From positions 36,084,001-36,148,000 of the forward strand of contig OX597834.1 of the NCBI GenBank assembly GCA_951406725.2: a stretch of DNA of 64,000 nucleotides. The letters run 5' to 3'. The stretch is from Octopus vulgaris. Lineage: Eukaryota. Position numbers and translations under genes: made by a program. Positions 13,589 through 27,214 of the stretch are shown one piece after another. Below the pieces are notes generated by a model. It ran no database searches. It saw only the letters and a list, made by a program, of their open reading frames with translations, and was not told the DNA's origin. Each line of letters opens with the position of its first letter. Within the stretch, counting starts at the first letter, position 1.

Positions 13589-14262
13589 ATTTCAGAAAAT
13601 GTTCGTTGTGCAATGCTGTTTAGCCCAAGGCATACCATAAGGTAAGCGAACCAAAGATGAAGGAAAACTCTTCTAATCTTATATTTCACATCATTTTTTC
13701 ACAACCGGGTATAGTGTACCTAAGACTACATAATCTAATGTAACTGTCATTTTTCTCGCTTTTTTTTCTATTTTCTTTTTTTTTATGATTTTGTAGGAGG
13801 ACGATGGAGGAAACCTGGCTGCCATTTCTACCATGCCGAGTGAACAGGTAGAGGGTTTCCCCCGAGATGGGTGTCATCGTGTTTTCCACCGGGTCTGCTT
13901 TAAACGAGAAGATCCACCGACCAAACCAAAAGCGCTACATCTATGACCACCATCCCATATTTCTGAGCATCCAGAAATAAATTAGCATTCTTATCTTCTT
14001 AAGATAACGGTGTCATTTAAAAGAAATTCGGCTGCTACTTCTAACCGGTAGAACGATCGCTTTAAGGATCCGTCATTCATTTGTACTTGAAGTGCAATTG
14101 CAAGGAACTGTGTAATGCGCTGTAGAATATTAATTATAGTAATAAATATGAAAAATATAGGTGAGCATTCTTTCGGTTTAGGATCACAAAGTGAAAGTGG
14201 AAATATTGCCCTCTTCGCTAATGTCCAGACGGACATTGTCGAAAAAGCACCCTCCTCCCCAC

Positions 14263-14334
<72 letters not shown>

Positions 14335-14505
14335 TTGTTGGGTCGGTGAATAATAATTTCTTTGGGTTTCCTGTTTTCAACAACGGAGATAACGATTTTT
14401 TTTTTTGGTGCCAAATAAGTAAATAAATAAATGAAAATAAGTAAATAAAAAAAATTATACAGCTTTTTCAAAATGTTTGATTTCCCTCCATTCTTTCTTT
14501 GTGTA

Positions 14506-14537
<32 letters not shown>

Positions 14538-14576
14538 CATTATTTCTAAATTAAAATGTTTTTCTGTATAGTTTAA

Positions 14577-14636
<60 letters not shown>

Positions 14637-15335
14637 CGGGAAAAAAAAGTCTTTTTTTTTTCGGAATTCCATATTTTAAACTATATAGAAAAAAATTAAA
14701 ATTTAAAAAAATAATTTTCATCAAAATTTTAATTATATTTTATCTTTTTCTTCTTTTTTTTTGTTGTAATTTTTTCAAAATGCCCATGTAAGATGTACTA
14801 CGATTCCACGAACACTATTCTGATCAAAAACCGAAAAAATGCCGTATAAAGAGAGGTGTTAAATAAATTAAATTGCCATATATGTATATATATATATAAT
14901 TATTGTAAACAAACCACGAAGCACTGTTATTCGCTTCTAAGGGAAATATCTTGTCTCCAATGGTGTTCCATACAATAAAATGTGCTCCAGTCTCGTCGCT
15001 CAGTGCTGTCGACTCTTCGCTGCATATATAAACAAACACCAGCTATATATATTGTATGTGTATATATATATATATATAGATAGATAGATTTATATACATA
15101 CATGCGTACTCTTATGCACATGTAAGTATGAATGCATCTATAAGCTGTGTTTATATATATATATATACAGTTTATCACACGGGCACCTCAGTTAAATATC
15201 TTTTTATTTGTATGTATGTGAGTGTGATACATACATATATGTGTGTGTGTGTACGAGTGGATAAACGTGATACATATATATATGTATTTATATGCGCGTA
15301 TGTGTATGTGTGTGTGTGTGTGTGAGTGAGTGTGT

Positions 15336-15790
15336 GAAATAAGTGTTGTATGTGTGTATATGCGTGTGACTATATATATATGTGTGTACATGTGCAGAGG
15401 TGATATGTCTGTGTGAGTGTGTATGTGTGTGTGTGTGGTTATATATATTTGTGTGACGGGTATACGTGATATATATGTGTGTGTGTGTGTGAAATAAGTG
15501 TTGTATGTGTGTATATGCGTGTGACTATATATATTTGTGTGCATGTGCAGAGGTGATATGTCTGTGTGTGAGTGCGTATGTGTGTGTGTGTGTGGTTATA
15601 TATATTTGTGTGACGGGTATACGTGATATATGTGTGTGTGTGTGTGTGAAATAAGTGTTGTATGTGTGTGTGACTATATATATATGTGTGCATGTGCAGA
15701 AGTGATATGTCTGTGTGAGAGTGCGTATGTGTGTGTGTGTGTGGTTATATATATTTGTGTGACGGATATACGTATGTGTGTGTGATATAT
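15336..15790. repeat. Three tandem copies of a ~156-bp unit
   Basis: GAAATAAGTGTTGTATG starts at 15336, 15491 and 15648. Confidence 0.9.
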
Positions 15791-15958
15791 ATATATATGT
15801 GTGTGTGTGTGGGTGTATGTGTGTGCGTTTGTTTATGCGTCTGTTTAAACGAGGGAGAGTAAGAGGAAGGGTTTTTGTTTTGTTTTGTTTCGTTTTATAT
15901 TTTTTCCTTTTTCTTTTTCCTTTTTCTTTTTTCTTTTTCTTTTGTTTTTTTGGCTCAG

Positions 15959-16063
15959 TTCGCCGGAATTCGACCCTCTTTTTCACTCAGAAGACATTGC
16001 GACACATTTTAAAGTTCTGTGCGAGGCGGACATTCCGCCGGCTGGTCAGTCAGTCAGATTTAG
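15959..16063 (+). other. Candidate small exon, product unknown
   Basis: Long pyrimidine tract ending CTCAG, a GC-richer unique 105 bp, donor AG|GTAAGG (alternative G|GTCAGT). One frame reads SPEFDPLFHSEDIATHFKVLCEADIPPAGQSVRF; no homology recognised. Confidence 0.3.
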
Positions 16064-16148
16064 GTAAGGTTTTGAGGTAAGGTTCTCGACTGTGTTTGCT
16101 GTGGCCCGGGGTGGCTTTAACTGAAAGTTAGAGCTTGCCAACAAGGGT

Positions 16149-16206
<58 letters not shown>

Positions 16207-16372
16207 CAGAGAGAGGAATATAGAGAAAGAGAATGTGTGTGTGTGTATGTGTGTGTGAAGGGCTTATGGACGACCAGAGCGATGTAACGTTCAGAAAGGC
16301 CCACAGGCAACCTGCGGCCCGCGATGGGAATTTCTAAATGGCCCGCCTAACCAAAAAAATTTACACTTCATT

Positions 16373-16406
<34 letters not shown>

Positions 16407-16844
16407 GTAATGCGGCCCGTTTGTTGACGGATGGCCCATGTCTCATGCGGCCCGCTTTTCGAAAAAGACTAAGATTAAACAACTCTCCCGTTTTAAGAAA
16501 ACTGTCTGTCCGTTTGTCTATCTCACTAATGATTTAAAAAAAAAAAATTTTTCTCTTATTATTCAATTATTTTTTAATAATTTCTTCGTTGATCTTTTTT
16601 TTTTGTTTTTTACCTCATTTCGATGTCTTTCGTCCCTTTTTGTTCTTTCTTTTTTTCTTTTTTGTGTGGCTTCATTTCCCTCCTCCTCCTCCTCCGTCAT
16701 ACACTTTCCTACATTATCATCATCATCAACATCATCATGAACAGAATTTCCATCATCACTACTACCATCGTCATCATCATCATCACCATCATCCTTATTC
16801 TCATCATCCTCATCACCAAAGTTTACCATTTTACCATCGTCATC

Positions 16845-17095
16845 ACCACCACCACCACCGCCACCACTACCATTACCACCACTGCCACCACCACCACCAC
16901 CACCACCACCACTACCACCACCACCACCACCACTACCACCACTACCACCACCACCACCACCACCACCACCACCACCACCACCACCACCACCACCACCACC
17001 ACCACCACACCACCACCACCACCACCACCACCACCACAACCACCACCACCACCACCACCACCACCACCACCACCACTACCACCACCACCACCACC
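16845..17095. repeat. (CAC)n trinucleotide tract
   Basis: Direct observation. Confidence 0.95.
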
Positions 17096-17301
17096 GTTTT
17101 TTTTCTCTATTCTCTTCCTCACACCATTCTCTTACAATTTTCTTCCCACTCCCTTCTCTCTCTCTTATAAACACACACAGACACACACAAGCAAACATAC
17201 ACACTCTCACTCTCTCTGCCTCTCTTCCACCCCTTATTTGTTCTGTATTCTTTCTCATTGCTGATATTTCTGTATATGTGTGTATCTCTCACTCATCCCC
17301 C

Positions 17302-17353
<52 letters not shown>

Positions 17354-17367
17354 ATGTATATGTATGC

Positions 17368-17573
17368 ATTGCTTGACAACCGATGCTGGTGTGTTTACGT
17401 CCCCATCACTTAGCGGTTCAGCAAAAGAGACCGATAGAATAAGTACTGGGCTTACAAAGAATAAGTCCTGGGGTTGATTTGCTTGGCTAAAGGTGGTGCT
17501 CCAGCATGGCCGCAGTCAAATGACTGAAACAAGGAAAAGAGTAAAAGAGCGAGTATGTATGTATGTATAAATG

Positions 17574-17627
<54 letters not shown>

Positions 17628-18023
17628 TTTATTCTTTTCCTTGTTTCAGTCATTTCACTGTGGTCATGCTGGGGCACAGCCTTTACTCGAACAAATCGAC
17701 CCCAGGATTTATTCTTTGTAAGCCTAGTAATTATTCTATTGGCCTCTATTGCCGAACCGCTAGGTTACAGGGACGTAAACACACGAACATTGGTTGTCAA
17801 GCGATGTTGGGGGAGGGGGATAAATACAGACTCACATACACACATATATATATATATATATACAATGGGCTTCTTTCAGTTTCCGTCTACCAAATCCACT
17901 CAAGGATTTGGTTGGTCTGAGGCTATAGTAGAAGACACTTGCCCAAGGTGCCATGCAGTGGGACTGAACCTGGAACCATGTGGTTGGTAAGCAAGCTTCT
18001 AACCACACAGCCACTCCTGCACC
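17368..18023. mobile_element. Tail-to-tail pair of family-A SINEs (3' half + at 17368-17553; full - at 17625-18023)
   Basis: Both match family A in opposite orientation, separated by (TA)n. Confidence 0.85.
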
Positions 18024-18508
18024 TATATATATATGTATATATATATATCATCATCACAGTTTAACGTCTGCTTTCCATGCTGGCATGTGTTGGACGGTTT
18101 CACTGGTGACTGGCAAGCCAGAAGGCTGCACCAGGCTCCAGCCTGATCTGGCAAGGTTTCTACTGCTGGATGCCCTTCCTAACGCCAGCCACTCTAAATG
18201 TAGTGGGTGTTTTTTGCATGCCACTGGCATGGAACCAGTCAGGAATCAACCATGCTCTAATGGTGCTTTTTACGTGCCACTGGCATGAGGGCAAGTCAGG
18301 TGGCACTGGCATTGACCGTGCTTGAATAGTGCTTTTTACATGCTATGTATGGATACATCGAATTATTATTCACCCTCTGACCTTCTCAGAATCTGTCTAA
18401 TAATGAGTCACACTCTCACACTCATTGATCCTCACTCACCTTCACTCTCACTCACCCACTGCCTCTCCCATATAAATAAACTCAAATGCCCCAACACACA
18501 CACACACG

Positions 18509-18550
<42 letters not shown>

Positions 18551-18599
18551 AACCACCACCACCACCACCACCACCACCACCACCACCACCACCACCACC

Positions 18600-18658
<59 letters not shown>

Positions 18659-19260
18659 ATACATCACCACATACACACACATACTCACACACACATATAT
18701 ACATAAATATTCATGTCTAAATAAACATATATACGCTGAGAAATACTAAGACACACACACACCACCAACAACACCACACAACACACACACCATGCATATA
18801 TATATATACTCTGCACCACACGTATGCCACAAACCACACACACACACACAATACATACATATACACACTGCATATTCACACCATACACTCCTCACCACTC
18901 ACACACACACAAACACATCCACACAATATTCATGAACAAGAGACAGGGTTTCTATCTACCTCATGAAACACTCACTTTACACACACATACTCTAATATAT
19001 ATTCTAATACATGCCCTAATAATACTCTAGCGCTGTCTTAAGACACAAGGACCTCAAGGCAGTTGTTTGGGGGCGTTGCGGGTCTAGGGACCTAATTCTG
19101 ATCTATGCATTTTGTGGCTTGCTTAAAGTAGGGACCAGTGAACTGATTTGCCTGGGAAGGCCTATAATGCTGCTTAAACAGCCATGAATACATGTCATCT
19201 CATATAGGTATATAGAACTGGCATTCTGCCAATAATGTCAACAGGGGTTCCAGTTGGTTT

Positions 19261-19877
19261 AATCAATGGAACTGTCTGATCAACAGAACCATCTGATCAA
19301 CAGAACCATCTGATCGACGGAACCATCTGATCAACCGAACTGTCTGATCATCGGAACCGTCTGATCAATGGAACCATCTGATCAACCAAACCGTCTGATC
19401 AATGGAACCATCTGATCAATGGAACCATCTGATCAACCAAACTGTCTGATCAACCGAACCGTCTGATCAACGGAATCATCTGATCAATGGAACCGTCTGA
19501 TCAACGGAACTGTCTGATCAATGGAACCATCTGATCAACAGAACCATCTGATCAATGGAACCATCTGATCAACCAAACTGTCTGATCAACGGAACTGTCT
19601 GATAAAATGAATCATCTGATCAATGGAACCGTCTGATCAATGGAACTGTCTGATCAATGGAACCGTCTGATCAATGGAACCATCTGATCAATGGAACCGT
19701 CTGATCAACGGAACTGTCTGATCAATGGAACTGTCTGATCAACGGAACTGTCTGATCAATGGAACCATCTGATCAACCGAACTGTCTGATCAACCGAACT
19801 GTCTGATCAATGGAACCGTCTGATCAATGGAACCGTCTGATCAATGGAACCGTCTGATCAACCAAACCGTCTGATTA
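19261..19877. repeat. 17-bp minisatellite (about 36 units, GAACCRTCTGATCAAYG) inside a family-D SINE (about 19215-20040)
   Basis: Regular 17-bp period. The flanks continue the family-D sequence seen at 37220-37400. Confidence 0.92.
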
Positions 19878-20486
19878 TGAAATTAATGTACAAGTGGCTG
19901 GGTACTCCACAGACATGCGTATACTTGAAGTAGTTCTCAGGGAGATTCAGCATGACAAAGAATGTGATAAAGCAGGCCCTTCGGATTACAGGTACAACTC
20001 GTATTTGCCAGCTGAGTAGACTGTGGCAAGGTGAAATAACTGGTAATCTGTCAATTACAATGACAGGTGTTCCACTTCGTCCAATCAATTGAATAGGCTG
20101 CTCATGAAATTAACATGCAAGTGGTTGAGCACTCCACAGACATGCATACTCTTAATGTAGTTCTGAAGGAGATTCAGCATGGCACAGAAAGTGACAAAAC
20201 TGGTGCCCTTTGAATTACTCATGCAACTCATTTTTGCCAGCTGAGTGGACTGAGGCACAACGTGAAATAAAGTGTCTTGATCAAGGGCACAATTACACCA
20301 TTGAGAATTGAACTCACGACCTTGTGATCAGTAGCCGAATACCCTAACCATTAAGCTTGTGTCAGGGCTGACAGACGTGAGACTAACAACTACAACAGCA
20401 GCAACAACAGGAACCACCACCACCACCTCCCCCCCCTCCTCCACCACTACCACCACCACCACCACTATTATTAATATCAGTTTCAA

Positions 20487-20701
20487 TGTGGCGAGCTGGC
20501 AGAATCGTTTGCATGCTGGACGAAATGCTTAGTGGTATTTTGCTCATCGCTACATTCTGAGTTCAAATTCCACCAAGGACAACTTTACCTTTCATCCTTT
20601 TGGGGGTCAATGAATTAAGTGCCAGTTGAATACTGGGGTCGATGTAATCAACACATGCCCACCTCCCCCGAATTCCAGGCCTTGCGCCTGTAATAGAAAG
20701 G
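20487..20701 (+). mobile_element. SINE family B with 20-bp target-site duplication
   Basis: ATTATTRATATCAGTTTCAA at 20467-20486 and 20702-20721. An inverted diverged copy follows at about 20722-20905. Confidence 0.8.
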
Positions 20702-20913
20702 ATTATTGATATCAGTTTCAAATTTCAGCACAGGACCAGCAATTTCAAAGGAGGGATCAAGTCACTTACATTGACCCCCCAGTACTCGACTGGTGTTTAT
20801 TTTGTTGGCCTCGAAAGGATGACAAGCAGAGTTGACCTTAGTGGCATTTGAACTCAGAATGTAAAAATGGACAAAAAGCTCAGCAGCATTTTTCCCAACT
20901 CCATAACTATTCT

Positions 20914-21699
20914 TATTTCTTTATTGCCCACAAGGGGCCAAACATAGAAGGGACAAACAAGGACAGACAAAGGGATTAAGTCGATTACATCGATCCACAG
21001 TACATAACTGGTACTTAATTTATCGACCCTGAAAGGATGAAGGGCAAAGTTGACCTCGGCGGAATTTGAACTCAGAATGTAGCAGCAGACAAAATAACTA
21101 TTTCTTTATTGCCCGCAAGGGGCTAAACATATAGGGGACAAACAAGGACAGATAAAGGGATTAAGTCGATTACATCGACCCCAGTGCGTAACTGGTACTT
21201 AATTTATCGACCCCGAAAGGATGAAAGGCACAGTTGACCTCAGCGGAATTTGAACTCAGAACGTAGCAGCAGACGAAATAACTATTTCTTTATTGCCCGC
21301 AAGGGGCTAAACATAGAGGGGACAAACAAGGACAGATAAAGGGATTAAGTCGATTACATCGACCCCAGTGCGTAACTGGTACTTAATTTATCGACCCCGA
21401 AAGGATGAAAGGCACAGTTGACCTCAGCGGAATTTGAACTCAGAACGTAGCAGCAGACGAAATAACTATTTCTTTATTGCCCGCAAGGGGCTAAACATAG
21501 AGGGGACAAACAAGGACAGATAAAGGGATTAAGTCGATTACATCGACCCCAGTGCGTAACTGGTACTTAATTTATCGACCCCGAAAGGATGAAAGGCACA
21601 GTTGACCTTGGCGGAATTTGAACTCAGAATGTAATGGCAGACAAAATACCACTTAGCATTTCGCCCTGTGTGCTAACGGTTCTGCCTGCTCACCGCCTT
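20914..21699 (-). repeat. Tandem array of four family-B SINE units (184-bp period), one head
   Basis: TTTCTTTATTGCCC starts at 20916, 21101, 21285 and 21469. Only the last unit keeps the 5' end of the head. Confidence 0.92.
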
Positions 21700-21951
21700 A
21701 CTCATAATAAGCAATTGGTTTCAAATTTTGACACAAGGCCAGCAATTTTAGGGAGGGGATTAAGACAATAATATCAACCCCAGTGTGTAACTGGTACTTA
21801 CTTAATCGACACACAAAAGGATTAAAGGCAAAGTCAAACTCTGCTTAAACATATGTCATTTTAAACCCACTTTTACCTCTGAAAAGGGACGTCCCTATTT
21901 GTCTAGCTCAGGCCTGGCCAATTCAAATTACATTGCGGGGCCACTTTAATC

Positions 21952-22096
21952 CAGGGCTGTGGAGTCAAAACGAAAACTTTGACTCCAACTCTGACTCCTC
22001 TATGTAATTAAGTGATTGTGGTCTGTTTTACTGACTCCAGCTTCTCCTTAATTGTCTCTGATTCCGGCTCCACGACTCCACGACTCCACAGCCCTG
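21952..22096. mobile_element. hAT-type MITE with perfect 8-bp TSD
   Basis: TIRs CAGGGCTGTGGAGTC and GACTCCACAGCCCTG. TSD CTTTAATC at 21944-21951 and 22097-22104. Confidence 0.92.
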
Positions 22097-22337
22097 CTTT
22101 AATCACAGAAAGTTTTTTGAGGGCTGCTTGTTCTTTCAGTTTATATATACACATATACAATGGACTTCTTTCAGTTTCCGTCTACCAAATCCACCCATAA
22201 GGCTTTGGTTGCCCCATGGCTATAGTAGAAGACACTTGCCCAAGGTGCCACGCAGTGAGACTGAACCCAGAACCATGTGGTTGGGAAGCAAGCTACTTAC
22301 CACACAACCACACATATAAATATACATACATACATAC

Positions 22338-22381
<44 letters not shown>

Positions 22382-22878
22382 TCGTCGTTTAACGTCCGTT
22401 CTCCATGCTAGCATGGGTTGGACGGTTTGACCGGGGATCTGGGAAGCCAGAAGGCTGCACCAGGCTCCAGTCTGATCTGGAAGTGTTTCTACAGCTGGAT
22501 GCCCTTCCTAACGCCAACCACTCCATGAGTGTAGTGGGTGCTTTTTACGTGCCACCTGCACAGGTGCCAGGCGAGGCTGGCAACGGCCACGGTCGAATTG
22601 GTGCTTTTTACATGCCACCGGCATTCGGATGGTGCTTTTTATGTGCCACCAGCCCTGGGATCACAACTAGTTTCCATTGATTTTTGGATAAAATTAACTC
22701 ATTAAGCTAATGTTTGGAATATAAATTAACATTTAAAAGATTTTAATTTAGATCACAGAAAATTTATATAGAAGTTGGTACCTCAGGTAAGTTGGTACCA
22801 AAAAGAGTTATATATTAATAATAAACTTTTAAAATATCTACTAAGTTACTATAACAAAGCTCATCATTCCTAATACAG

Positions 22879-22923
<45 letters not shown>

Positions 22924-23185
22924 ATGTGTATATATATATGCATGTATGTGTGTATGTATATGCATATATATGTATGTATGTTCTCAAACACATGCACACA
23001 GACACACGCACACACACACATGCACGCACATACACACACACAGAGTCAGTCACATGAACATATATATTGATCACTTGTCATTCATACTGAGACAGAGTCT
23101 TAGCAATCAGATGTTGTTGACTCATTAAAGCTGCTGCTGCTGCTGTCATTGCTCTGTCTGTCTATCTGTCTATCTATCACTCTGC

Positions 23186-23223
<38 letters not shown>

Positions 23224-23248
23224 GTCCGTCTGTCTGTCTGTCTGTCTA

Positions 23249-23283
<35 letters not shown>

Positions 23284-23296
23284 GTCTGTCTGTCTA

Positions 23297-23349
<53 letters not shown>

Positions 23350-23948
23350 TTATCACTCTGCCTGTCTGTGTTGACCTTACTTAATTTACAGAGAAATATA
23401 TATTTACAAACATACATGTATATATTCCCATATAACCATACATAACATCCATCCATCCAGCCATCCAGCCATACATACATACATACATACCTACATACCT
23501 ACATACATACATACCTACATACCTACATACATACATACATACATACATACATACATACATACATACATACATGCATACATACATACATATGATGGGGGTA
23601 TTGAAAAGTTCCTGGCTCTGGGTAAAAGGAAATACCAGAGGATGAGTTAATTAAGATTTTGTGCAACATACCCCCCTCTCAGATTTACACACTTATTGCA
23701 GTGGTCCTTTAGTTTTCCTAAGCCCTGTAAAAGAAATTGGAAGGTTGGACCTCCAACCAGGCCTTTTGTGAAACCCTTAAAGCTAGGAACTTTTTTTTAT
23801 CCGGTGCTTCAGATCTGTAAATGTGTTCTTGTTTTACATTTCATATAACAGTATATATTAATTGCTTATAGCAATTAGCCAAGCTGCAGCAGACACAGGG
23901 AGCTAAAGAGTTGCCTGATTTTCAAACTGGACATTTTGTGGGTCAATT

Positions 23949-24335
23949 TACTCTTTTACTCTTTTACTTGTTTCAGTCATTTGACTGCGGCCATGCTGGA
24001 GCACCGCCTTTAGTCGAGCAACTCGACCCCAGGACTTATTCTTTGTAAGCCCAGTACTTATTCTATCGGTCTCTTTTGCCGAACCGCTAAGTGATGGCGA
24101 CATCAACACACCAGCATCGGTTGTCAAGCAATGCTAGGGGGACAAACACAGACACACAAACACATACATATATACGACAGGCTTCTTTCAGTTTCCGTCT
24201 ACCAAATCCACTCACAAGGCATTGGTCGGCCTGGGGCTATAGCAGAAGACACTTGCCCAAGATGTCACGCAGTGGGACTGAACCCGGAACCATGTGGTTG
24301 GTAAACAAGCTACTTACCACACAGCCACTCCTGCG
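23949..24335 (-). mobile_element. SINE family A, full length
   Basis: Complete match to family A. Confidence 0.92.
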
Positions 24336-24841
24336 GCTGAATTCAATTTGAGGAAATTGGATTCATAATGTTATATTCATGAGGTTGAATACCCTGACCA
24401 CTAAGCTAACAGAAGAAGAGAACAAGAGTACATCTTTGGGGAGGACTTAAATCTAGGTTATACATGTCCATTTGTACCGTTTATCAAAAGGCACTGGGCT
24501 ATGTTATATCAGACTTGCATAACATGCTGGGATTTTCGAAACAAAGAACAAAATAAATTGACTCACGTCGTCCAAATCTGACCGATTACGAAAACAATAA
24601 AGATTTGTAAAACATTCCTTCCTGTAATTCTTCATTTGAGTTTCCTCGAATGAACCTATGTACACAATGATGTGTGTACATATGAGCACGGTAATGAAAG
24701 GGCAACGAAACACACACACACACACACACACAGACATGCATACACACATATGCGCAAACACAAACATGAACACGCACACACAAACACACACGTACATAAT
24801 ATAAAGAGCATTGTACACCTATTGTATAAATACAAGTGTAT

Positions 24842-24875
<34 letters not shown>

Positions 24876-26090
24876 TTGCATTTATGAACAGACTCACACA
24901 TTCACAAAATGCCAGAAGTGTCGTGACGAGAACAAAGGAGATTGTTCCTAGGTTAGTGACCAGCGGCTTTGATTCTACAAAGAACTTAAACCTCAAAGAC
25001 ACACACACACACACACACATACACACACACACACACATACACACACACACATACACACACACACACACACTCACTCTCTCACATACACACTCACATTTAC
25101 ATACATAGTCATCATCATCATCGTCATTTAACGTCCATTCTTCCATGCTGGCATGGGTTGGATGGTTTGACAGGAGCTGGCAAGGCTGGGAGCTGCACCA
25201 AATTCCATTGTCCATTGTTTTGGAATTGATTTCTACAGTTTGTTGCCCTTCATAATGTCAACTACTTTACAGGGTGTTCTGGGTGCTTTCTTGCATGACA
25301 CCAACATCAGTGCTTCTTACGTGGCACCGTCACCAATGCCTTTTAAGTGGGACCAGACATATATACATATATGCTTATATGTATACATAATTGCACACAT
25401 GCTTGTACAGGCATACATACATAAGTCTACGTATGTACATATACACAACTTACATACATACATTTATGTATGTATGTATGGAAGTTTTATCCTGGCTTTG
25501 AGTAAAAGAAAATACTGGAGGATCAGTTAATTATGATTTTATTCAACATATTCCCTTCTCAGGTTCGCTCACTTATTGCAGCCGTCCTTCAGTTTTTCTA
25601 AGCCCTGTAAAAGAACACTGAAGGTTGGGTTTTGAATGAGGCCTTTTGCGATACTCTTAAAGCCAGGAACCTTTCAGCTACACCTCGTAGACATTATATA
25701 TATATATATATTTGCGATGATAATCTGGTTCTTGACTGAAGATAGAGGGCTTTGAATGACCTGTCCTTGTTTTTTTGTTTTGTCTATCTGGATGTTTTGT
25801 TGTCCCTTTTTGTATCACCTAACTGTCTAGATGTTTTGTGTTCTTGTTCCATTTTGTATTTTATATATATATATATATATATATATCATCATCATCATCA
25901 TCATCATTGTTTAACGTCCGCTTTCCATGCTAGCATGGGTTGGACGATTTTGACTGAGGGCTGGCGAACCAGATGGCTGCACCAGGCTTCAATCTTGATC
26001 TGGCAGAGTTTCTACAGCTGGATGCCCTTCCTAACGCCAACCACTCCGAAAAATTACTTGGAAGAGGATGCATGGCATTCAATCATATAA

Positions 26091-26548
26091 TAATATATAT
26101 ATGCATATATACATATGCATATACACACACTTACATCTATACATATATATATATATATATATGCATATGTGGGCACAGGACGTCACGAAACGTGTACACC
26201 AACAAAAAGACGAAGTACGAGTACATGGAATATGAACTATTTTTTCAAACAACAAAAGATACAAATGGAAAACAAGACAAGCAACATAAAGAACGACCCT
26301 TCATCAGTTGCTGGCTGTTTTTCTTCTCTCGTATCACATCAGCCAACAACTGATGAAGGGTCGTTCTTTATGTTGGTTGTCTTGTTTTCCATTTGTGTCT
26401 TTTGTTGTTCGAAAAAATAGTTCATATTCTATTGTACTTTGTATTTTTTTGGTGTACACGTTTTGTGATGTCCTGTGCCCACATATGCATATATATACGT
26501 ATAGATGTTAGTATGTACATATACATATGTATATATGCATATATATTA
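26091..26548. repeat. Long imperfect palindrome (arms about 210-225 bp, 22-nt spacer)
   Basis: 26091-26317 is the reverse complement of 26340-26548. Each arm carries CTGATGAAGGG next to the centre. Confidence 0.92.
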
Positions 26549-26588
26549 TTTATACTCCTTGTTTCTTTCTGTGTTTCTTTTCTGTGTA

Positions 26589-26626
26589 TCTTTCTGTTGA
26601 AGAGCGTAGGCTCGAAACGTAAAAGA
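26589..26626 (+). ncRNA. Hammerhead-like motif with A6U core change
   Basis: TCTTT CTGTTGA A GAGC-gtag-GCTC GAAA CG TA AAAGA. The downstream body recurs at about 39985-40085. Confidence 0.6.
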
Positions 26627-26746
26627 CTTGTTTTATTTATATTCCTGAGCGCCATACTAATACAATTGTTTGTTTGCATTCCACCTGCCTTCGTCTTTTG
26701 TTTATTTCCATAAAGCTTCCCGTTATATATATATATATATACAATT

Positions 26747-26797
26747 TTTGTCAGTGAACAGGTCGCGGTCTTAAAGTGACGAAAATATTTTGACAAA
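26747..26797 (+). ncRNA. Hammerhead-like motif, G3-C8 core variant
   Basis: TTTGTCA GTGAACA G GTCGC-ggtcttaaa-GTGAC GAAA ATAT TT TGACAAA: 7-bp stem I, 5-bp stem II, palindromic stem III. Confidence 0.65.
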
Positions 26798-26935
26798 TTA
26801 AACTTAAATGTTGAAGTGAATCGAACGGCTTTTGTGTGTTTCTTAAATGGCTTACAAACACCTTCCATGCTGCAATTGTTTTCGTTTCAGCACACGATCT
26901 CAGATCAGGTCACTTGTTATGCAAGTACATCTCCG

Positions 26936-26974
<39 letters not shown>

Positions 26975-27214
26975 ATACACAAATACAAGCATTACACGCA
27001 TACACATTGTGCTTTTAGTACACCAATGTTGTTTGTGGATGAATGCCACAAACTCACATTGTTCTAAAACCCCTACCCCCACCCTAACACCAACCCCCAT
27101 CTCTCTCTCTCCCTATCTTTCTCTCTCTCTCTCTTTCTTTCTCTGTAAAGAAACCAGATAGATATGTATTGATGAAGAAGTACACGCATCACATCGAAGA
27201 GACACACATGGAAC

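Noticed and set aside
19261-19877. CRISPR array
   Set aside because: Units are contiguous 17-mers without unique spacers, derive from a SINE, and there are no cas genes in this eukaryotic context.
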